Shown: positions 34,332 to 39,683 of the stretch, piece by piece
Numbering within the stretch: the first letter of the stretch is position 1
Layout of the letters: each line of letters opens with the position of its first letter
Origin: a virus
DNA: 39,683 nucleotides
Strand: one strand, 5' to 3'
IMG/VR virus record: IMGVR_UViG_3300030106_005675
Notes under the pieces: generated by a model
Seen by the model: only the letters and a program-made list of their open reading frames with translations
Database searches by the model: none
What the model was told of the DNA's origin: nothing
Position numbers and translations under genes: made by a program

Positions 34332-34651
34332 TCGTCTAAACCAAGATCTTCAGGCGCTAAAGGGCAGCAGACCGACACATCAGCGCCAGACGTTAGGGCA
34401 TCGCTAATGCATGAAGTAAACTCGTATTTTAAATCATCAATAATATAATTTGGCAAAACAGTTTCTTCAACGCAAACAATTTTGCCATCATGAAACCAAG
34501 TTAATCTAATTACTGCAAAAACATTTGCCTCACTGCAAAAACTTTGCCGTGAATAATACAAACTGCGGCGCCTGCGGTCTTTGCCCTTTGAACGGCGTAA
34601 ATTATTAAGCCAACCCATCAGCATCATTTGATTCTGTTGGCATTGTGGCAT
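34328..34651 (-). CDS. Hypothetical protein between portal and Mu-F-like genes
   Basis: The ORF overlaps the portal end. The probable start is Met-12 at 34618. No motif recognised. Confidence 0.4.
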   Translation of the reverse strand: MPQCQQNQMMLMGWLNNLRRSKGKDRRRRSLYYSRQSFCSEANVFAVIRLTWFHDGKIVCVEETVLPNYIIDDLKYEFTSCISDALTSGADVSVCCPLAPEDLGLDE

Positions 34652-36053
34652 TGTCTACGGCTTGCGGCTCGGGTGCTGGCTGCAATGACTCACTGTCCAG
34701 CAAGCCGCCCGCCATAGTTGCATCAATTTCTGATTCAACGTTAAATTCGTCGCCTAAGATTTCGCCGGCTTCTAATTGCAATAGCAATGTTTCTTGAGTG
34801 ATTGTCCCAGCTGTGTAAAGCTGCAACAATGCTTGGATGTCTTGCGGCGTCAAGCGCATGCCCATAAAATCACGATTTACTAAGCAGCTGCCTGGGTTAT
34901 TCTCTTGCATATATTCGGCATGAAATCGCAAGCAATTATCAATCATATCTTGCATTTGTTGGCTAACAACCATCATAGTAGAGTCACCTTGGCTACGATC
35001 AATCCTTTTAGCTTCTGCCGTCTCTCCTACAAGCTTTGCACCAATTACACTTGCCAAACCCAAAGCATTTATTTGATCAGCTATTCGGTCTAATTGCTTA
35101 AATTGCGCTTCGTAACTATTGCCAGCCGGTTCAATATACTTTGCTTCACTCCCCTCAGGTAAAGCCATTGCCTCGCCTGGCCCTGCACTAATCTCTTCCG
35201 CTGATTGTGGAAATCCAAAAATTGCAAGCATCGGCACTGCACTAATATGAAGCTGATTGGCTAGATCAGATTGAACTCGATAATGCTGCAAATTCAACTC
35301 AGCAATATCCCCTAAAGGCGGAATAGATTCGAGCACACCCATACGATTAGAATAAGCGACACTAAAAGGAATGTCGCTAAGGCTAGTTCTGCCCTCATTA
35401 ACAATTTGGAAATCTCCCTTTTCGTTTTTCTGATGAATTTCAAACGCGCCAGGCGTTAAAACTCTAACTTGTTCTATTTGTTTTTCACCATATAAACCGT
35501 CAGGCGCAATAATTGTCTCAGACAATCGCAATTGCATAAGTTTTTGCTGCCCGTCAATAATTTGGGTTCTCCAGCCTAAAATATCTCTTGGCGAATAACT
35601 TACCCAATATGGGCGGCCATTCTCACCCGCCGTTGGCGCATCAACCAAAACGCCAACGTGCCCATAACGTAAACAAATGCGGCTTGTATCATATAAAAAA
35701 GTCTGTAAATCATTTCCCTGCAAATCAACGTCAAATAATTGCTCGCGAATAACATCACTCACATCATTTAAACGCACAGGCTTACGTGTAAGCATTCCCG
35801 CAAGCATTCGCTCCAGCCTGACGTAATAGGGCGACAAAACAGACCGCTGCAATCTGTTGTCATAACTAAAATCCTGTTCTCTAGGCTCTTGTGGTAAAAA
35901 TTTTCTGTGCCCTTTTCTGATTTTGTAGGTTCCGCCTAGAAGCGTTTCAATCAAACCCCAATGAGGTTCCATGTTGACCCATGCCGTACTAGCGTCATTA
36001 ACTGCCGTAGTAGTGCCAACACGCTTGCGACCGCTGGAAAGATTTGAATACAC
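34605..36053 (-). CDS. Portal protein
   Basis: 482 aa, directly after the large terminase and before the Mu-F-like gene. Acidic C-terminus. Confidence 0.8.
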   Translation of the reverse strand: MYSNLSSGRKRVGTTTAVNDASTAWVNMEPHWGLIETLLGGTYKIRKGHRKFLPQEPREQDFSYDNRLQRSVLSPYYVRLERMLAGMLTRKPVRLNDVSDVIREQLFDVDLQGNDLQTFLYDTSRICLRYGHVGVLVDAPTAGENGRPYWVSYSPRDILGWRTQIIDGQQKLMQLRLSETIIAPDGLYGEKQIEQVRVLTPGAFEIHQKNEKGDFQIVNEGRTSLSDIPFSVAYSNRMGVLESIPPLGDIAELNLQHYRVQSDLANQLHISAVPMLAIFGFPQSAEEISAGPGEAMALPEGSEAKYIEPAGNSYEAQFKQLDRIADQINALGLASVIGAKLVGETAEAKRIDRSQGDSTMMVVSQQMQDMIDNCLRFHAEYMQENNPGSCLVNRDFMGMRLTPQDIQALLQLYTAGTITQETLLLQLEAGEILGDEFNVESEIDATMAGGLLDSESLQPAPEPQAVDNATMPTESNDADGLA

Positions 36054-36074
36054 AATGATGCCCGCCTAATACCA

Positions 36075-37427
36075 TCAATATAAACGTATCCCGGTGCCCC
36101 TGCCCGCACGGGCATAAAGCATTGAAAACTCCCTATAAACAAGGTAGCCCAAGGCATCAACCATGTGGTCGTTACCTGCATCCTTGTCAGGCTCACCTTT
36201 GTCTGTGTAACTTTGCAGTTCTAAACATTCAATTAACCTTTTACAATTAGGCGCAACATGCAACCTTGTTTGGCCTTTGCCATTCTCCAAAAGAGCTTGC
36301 ACACTAGCCACACGATCACGAATTGGAGGATTTGCTTTAGGTGATTGATTGCTAAATCCATAAGATTCAAGAATTTGTATGTCTGTTCTAGATGCATTTG
36401 TTGACCTGGCAGAGCCAGACGCATCAGGGTAAACGTAAACAATACGTCCGTCAGCTTTACGTTTAATTTCTTTTGCAAGATCATCTGTGTCATGCGCCTT
36501 GGTAATTTCATCAACAATATGCAAAGCATTACCCAACCGAACACCAATAACCGCGCTCATATTGCCAATGTTGAAATCAACTCCAACTCTAAAAGGTTCA
36601 TTACTATATTTTGATAAAAGCAAAGTTTGAATATGTTTTTCTCTATTAAAACGATCATAAACCTGACCAGTTGTAAGATTGCAAAATTGCCCTTCTAAAT
36701 ATGCCTGCAATAAAGATGGATCATAATTAGCCTTAAGACGTTCTAAAAAATCTGGTGGCAAGTGCGGATTATCTGACGTTTTCATCCTTATTAATCGCCT
36801 GTCAATGCGTTGCTGCGCCTCTTCTGTTCCAAATGTGTTCCACATCCAGCGAAACCCCTCAGGAGTTGATGCTGCAGCAAATTGACGCACATTGCCAGCG
36901 CGTAAACGACCTAAAATTTTAGGAAATGCTTTATTTGCAATTGATGGCGGCACTGTATCAATTTCATCAGCTAAACACCAAGCTGCATTTATGCCAATGC
37001 AGCGTGTCCAATTTTCAAAACTACGACAAAGAATCTTTGTGTTGCCGCCAGGTAAATGCAAAACATATTCTGGCAACGGAGACGCTCTAAAGGTGTAAGG
37101 GACTTCATAATGCTCTAAAAAATTATCAAAATCAGTTTGAAAAATATCACGTATTAGCGGCCCTGTTGGTTCCATAACAATTCCAATGAAACCTTGGTTT
37201 GCTATTGCCAATGAAACAGCTTTGCTTACTAGCGACCTTGTCTTGCCGGCTCCATAACCTGCAGACAAGCCAATGATTTCAGTTGTTTGATCCTCTACAA
37301 AATCTAATTGCCCTGGATGTAAATCAGATTTAATTTTTTTAATTATTGATTCTGCATGTAATTGCGTTGGAGGCGTTGCAAACGCTAGCAACGGTTCAGA
37401 ATTAGTTAATCCTGTTAGTAATGTCAT
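36075..37427 (-). CDS. terL: Terminase large subunit
   Basis: Walker A is SAGYGAGKTRS and Walker B is WCLADEID. The C-terminal nuclease region has DHMVDALGY. Confidence 0.9.
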   Translation of the reverse strand: MTLLTGLTNSEPLLAFATPPTQLHAESIIKKIKSDLHPGQLDFVEDQTTEIIGLSAGYGAGKTRSLVSKAVSLAIANQGFIGIVMEPTGPLIRDIFQTDFDNFLEHYEVPYTFRASPLPEYVLHLPGGNTKILCRSFENWTRCIGINAAWCLADEIDTVPPSIANKAFPKILGRLRAGNVRQFAAASTPEGFRWMWNTFGTEEAQQRIDRRLIRMKTSDNPHLPPDFLERLKANYDPSLLQAYLEGQFCNLTTGQVYDRFNREKHIQTLLLSKYSNEPFRVGVDFNIGNMSAVIGVRLGNALHIVDEITKAHDTDDLAKEIKRKADGRIVYVYPDASGSARSTNASRTDIQILESYGFSNQSPKANPPIRDRVASVQALLENGKGQTRLHVAPNCKRLIECLELQSYTDKGEPDKDAGNDHMVDALGYLVYREFSMLYARAGRGTGIRLY

Positions 37428-37747
37428 TAAATGTCAAACTGCAAAAGTTTGGCTTGAAGCTCTAAGGCCCGTATAGCGACTTGAAGCTGCGAAGCGTCTA
37501 CCCCCTGGCGTTCATAGTTTGCAAGCCTTGCAACCGCTTGTGCTAGCCACTGGGAACGCTCCATCTCAGCGTCTAAGTGTATGAGCTTGCGGGCGCGGGC
37601 AATGTAGTTCTCAGCCTGCCGCTCATGAATATCCCAATTTTCCGCACAGTGCCGCACAATTTGCGAACGGCTGTAACTTTTCAAAAGCAGATCATAAACC
37701 GCATGAATACGGGCGTCCACCTCAGTATTGGTTGATTTCTGTGCCAT
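37427..37747 (-). CDS. Putative terminase small subunit / DNA-binding packaging protein
   Basis: 106 aa helical protein. Its stop shares a base with the terL start. SRSQIVRHCAENWDIHERQAENYIARA is HTH-like. Confidence 0.5.
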   Translation of the reverse strand: MAQKSTNTEVDARIHAVYDLLLKSYSRSQIVRHCAENWDIHERQAENYIARARKLIHLDAEMERSQWLAQAVARLANYERQGVDASQLQVAIRALELQAKLLQFDI

Positions 37748-37777
37748 GCCCTGAATTTACAGGATATACGGCATATG

Positions 37778-37954
37778 TTAACAGTTTTCGTGAGAGTCAT
37801 GAAATTTTGCCCAAAGTTCGCGAAGTTGAACAATTTTTTGCTCAATGAGATGATGTGATGAGACCATGCCACGAAATTCACCAACGGTCACAAGCACACA
37901 ACCATCCGAGAGATTGCGCAAACGAGCTGGCGGAGGGTTTAGGTTTGATTCCAT
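37778..37954 (-). CDS. Possible 58-aa ORF upstream of the terminase genes (not in the track)
   Basis: Hand translation gives MESNLNPPPARLRNLSDGCVLVTVGEFRGMVSSHHLIEQKIVQLRELWAKFHDSHENC. It competes with track ORF 37681..37884. Confidence 0.3.
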   Translation of the reverse strand: MESNLNPPPARLRNLSDGCVLVTVGEFRGMVSSHHLIEQKIVQLRELWAKFHDSHENC

Positions 37955-38065
37955 TTTTTAAGCAATAATGTTGAAATGCAAAATTATGGTGTCAGGAGAT
38001 AGATCACGCCTCAAACGTGCCCTGCCTTTCCCTCGTACACCTAAAAGGGTGTTGTATAGCTTTCA

Positions 38066-38087
38066 GCCTTGTGTATCAGCACAAGGC
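38066..38087 (-). promoter_or_regulatory. 8-bp stem hairpin / palindrome after the early block
   Basis: gccttgtg-tatcag-cacaaggc, about 20 nt downstream of the stop at 38108. No U-tract follows. Confidence 0.3.
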
Positions 38088-38107
38088 ATCAGGCCTCCCG
38101 ACAAAAT

Positions 38108-38497
38108 TCAAGAATAACGATTTAAGTGTATCAAATTATCTGTTTGGCGTAAATAGATCAAAACATAATCCCAAATTTCAGTTGCAGAATATTGGCATGG
38201 GATAAAATCAATAACATTTTCCGCAATTGTCAGCCTGTTACCATAAACGCCTTTAACTAAAAGTTCTGATTTAGTTTGCCATCTAATCGGAAAAGAATTA
38301 TAGACAGCATATCTTTGTCTTCTGATCTGATTTGATTCTTTTTGCCAAGAATTTAGATCATAATTATGTTTATCTCGAATTGATTGAGAACGCACGAATA
38401 AATGCAGATCTGCCATTGTCAGACAATTTTGTTTTTTAAATTTCATCTGATCCATACTCCTTAACGGCAAAAGTGCAGCCAGATTCAATAGCATCAT
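38108..38497 (-). CDS. Hypothetical early protein
   Basis: The ORF overlaps the upstream gene by 62 nt. Internal starts at 38455, 38446 or 38416 are more likely. Confidence 0.45.
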   Translation of the reverse strand: MMLLNLAALLPLRSMDQMKFKKQNCLTMADLHLFVRSQSIRDKHNYDLNSWQKESNQIRRQRYAVYNSFPIRWQTKSELLVKGVYGNRLTIAENVIDFIPCQYSATEIWDYVLIYLRQTDNLIHLNRYS

Positions 38498-38684
38498 TTA
38501 TAAGCCTTTGAAGCTCATCCTTATCATATGCCCATTCAGTCCATTCAAGGTTACCGTCAAAAAATGCCTCAATATAATAAGTAGTTGCCGGCTCTTTAAT
38601 TGCTTCAAAAAATTTTGTGTGCATTTGTTCTGCAGCTTTTTCAAATTGTTCAAAAAGATTAAGCATGTAATAATGATTTTCCAT
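38436..38684 (-). CDS. Hypothetical acidic early protein (82 aa)
   Basis: Its start shares a base with the upstream stop. Confidence 0.5.
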   Translation of the reverse strand: MENHYYMLNLFEQFEKAAEQMHTKFFEAIKEPATTYYIEAFFDGNLEWTEWAYDKDELQRLINDAIESGCTFAVKEYGSDEI

Positions 38685-38929
38685 TAGTACATCATTGAAT
38701 TCAAGGAACTCCCGGAGACTGCACAGTCAGGTGGTGCTTTTTCAACACGGGAGAAAACATCTAGAAGATCTTTTACCGTCATTTCGTGAAGGGTAGTAGT
38801 TTCCATCTCTGGGGACCAATAACCATTCTGCAGATAAATCCAATAGCCATTGTCTTGGTCAGTTTCGTCATCCCAACCACTGACTAAAGGGTGAGCCTTG
38901 AGCTGAGCAAGCGTGCGTGGTTTTTTCAT
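38684..38929 (-). CDS. Hypothetical early protein (81 aa)
   Basis: Coupled ORF. GYWIYLQNGYW...LHEMTVKDLL. No family named. Confidence 0.5.
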   Translation of the reverse strand: MKKPRTLAQLKAHPLVSGWDDETDQDNGYWIYLQNGYWSPEMETTTLHEMTVKDLLDVFSRVEKAPPDCAVSGSSLNSMMY

Positions 38930-39132
38930 GGAAGCTTGAAATTAGGGTTGGCCTTAAGAACAGCTTTTGTATATCCAGCTTTGTAAGCGTTATACCAGTC
39001 AATCAGCATTTGATCCCAATTGTCTTCTGTCGTAATGGCGTATTTAGTGCCGGGAGCCAATACTTCGCCAGGATTGTAAATGTCAGGCATTGGATTTAGC
39101 TGCCTGAGCTTTTTCAGGAATGAGTATTTCAT
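38926..39132 (-). CDS. Hypothetical early protein (68 aa)
   Basis: ATGA-type overlaps at both ends. Confidence 0.5.
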   Translation of the reverse strand: MKYSFLKKLRQLNPMPDIYNPGEVLAPGTKYAITTEDNWDQMLIDWYNAYKAGYTKAVLKANPNFKLP

Positions 39133-39314
39133 TTGACAGCCCAGCGTTGAGCAGTTCTTTCACAACAACCGTAACGGCTGGCGATTTGCTTCCAAGTGTA
39201 GCCAGTGCGTTTAAGGCGCTTAATACGTGTGTGGCGACTTTCTGTTGCCCAAAACAGAATTAAAAGTGGCAGAAAAAGAACCATTAAAAGAACAACAAAA
39301 AAAGAAGTAGTCAT
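39129..39314 (-). CDS. Membrane-anchored helix-turn-helix protein (61 aa)
   Basis: N-terminal TM helix FFVVLLMVLFLPLLILFW, then YTWKQIASRYGCCERTAQRW, which is HTH-like. Confidence 0.5.
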   Translation of the reverse strand: MTTSFFVVLLMVLFLPLLILFWATESRHTRIKRLKRTGYTWKQIASRYGCCERTAQRWAVK

Positions 39315-39315
39315 T

Positions 39316-39570
39316 TTAAGAAAGCTCCAATGGATGCAATGAATTTGAAAAATTAACTGTTAAACGATGAACATAATCATTGAAAGACTCGATTAAATCC
39401 TCATGATATTTATGTTCATCATTGGTCATAAGATCGTATAAAGCTTTACGAATTTGCAAAGCTTTTTCTAAACGCTGCTGGTCTGATCCAGCAAATTTAG
39501 TTGGTTTCATAGAAAGGTGTTGCTGCCGTAGCATGGCATACCGTAAAGCATCAGATTTAGTTGGTTTCAT
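39316..39570 (-). CDS. Hypothetical early protein with duplicated start region
   Basis: MKPTK occurs at residues 1 and 21 because of the 25-bp direct repeat. Either ATG (39570 or 39510) could be the start. Confidence 0.5.
   Translation of the reverse strand: MKPTKSDALRYAMLRQQHLSMKPTKFAGSDQQRLEKALQIRKALYDLMTNDEHKYHEDLIESFNDYVHRLTVNFSNSLHPLELS
39495..39519 (-). repeat. 25-bp direct repeat, copy 1 (atttagttggtttcatagaaaggtg)
   Basis: Exact match to 39555-39579. The minus strand reads CACCTTTCTATGAAACCAACTAAAT. Confidence 0.95.
39517..39548 (-). repeat. Copy B of the conserved 32-nt element (core 39519-39546)
   Basis: The minus strand reads ctttacggtatgccatgctacggcagcaacac, which matches 3689-3720 at 28 of 32 positions. 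Confidence 0.85.
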
Positions 39571-39579
39571 AGAAAGGTG
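39555..39579 (-). repeat. 25-bp direct repeat, copy 2
   Basis: Exact match to 39495-39519, with a 60-bp period. Confidence 0.95.
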
Positions 39580-39585
39580 CGGTCA

Positions 39586-39683
39586 TTAGTGGATTTCAGT
39601 GATAGTGGAGAAAAAGTCATTAAAGTTCCTCGTAATCAGGTGTTTCCTCAAACGGAACAGGTTGAAGATCAGGGTTTAAGGGG
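39586..39683. repeat. Terminal direct repeat, second copy of bases 1-98
   Basis: Exact identity read directly. Confidence 0.95.

Noticed and set aside
37681-37884. 67-aa minus-strand ORF overlapping the small-terminase start
   Set aside because: It overlaps 37427..37747 by 67 nt in another frame and has a hydrophobic, odd composition. The 58-aa ORF in the other frame is at least as plausible, so neither is called with confidence.
1-39683. Looked for CRISPR arrays, tRNA/tmRNA genes, integrase/attP and a DGR (reverse transcriptase plus template/variable repeats)
   Set aside because: I found no regularly spaced repeat array and no cloverleaf-like sequence (for example a GTTCGAAT-type T-arm) in the intergenic gaps. 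There were no recombinase or reverse-transcriptase motifs in any ORF. A tRNAscan or HMM run would be needed for certainty.

Overview
The window is a complete, circularly closed tailed-phage genome. Bases 1-98 repeat exactly at 39586-39683, so the unique length is 39585 bp. The virion is lambda-like and siphovirus-type.

About 80% of the genome is one minus-strand array. Running down in coordinate it contains:
- small early ORFs (39570 to 38108)
- terminase small and large subunits, portal, Mu-F-like head morphogenesis protein, small basic proteins, scaffold and major capsid
- head-tail joining genes, tail tube, a G/T chaperone pair with an A_AAA_AAC -1 frameshift, and the tape measure
- gpM/gpL/gpK/gpI/gpJ-like tail-tip genes and three tail-fibre paralogs
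- an accessory, membrane and lysis-like region (12949 to 7094)
- across the circular junction, a RepA/DnaB-like helicase block (2821 to 35)

Two plus-strand modules interrupt this array. The first is a recombination module (3042-6802) with a PD-(D/E)XK exonuclease, an orphan 309-aa protein, RusA, ERF, an RHH protein and SSB. The second is an unusual cassette (8750-10630) encoding a 2-TM protein and three Sec-signal secreted proteins, and I recognise no family for any of the four.

I recognised no integrase, repressor, tRNA, CRISPR array or reverse transcriptase.

Other points of interest are:
- an OMP-like moron with its own terminator
- an NblA-like small protein, which hints at a cyanobacterial host (inference only)
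- a conserved 28-32 nt element present once in each oppositely transcribed arm
- 25-bp direct repeats that duplicate a start-codon region
- chains of tiny lysine-rich ORFs in the head module

All functional calls rest on motifs read by eye and on gene order. No database search was run.
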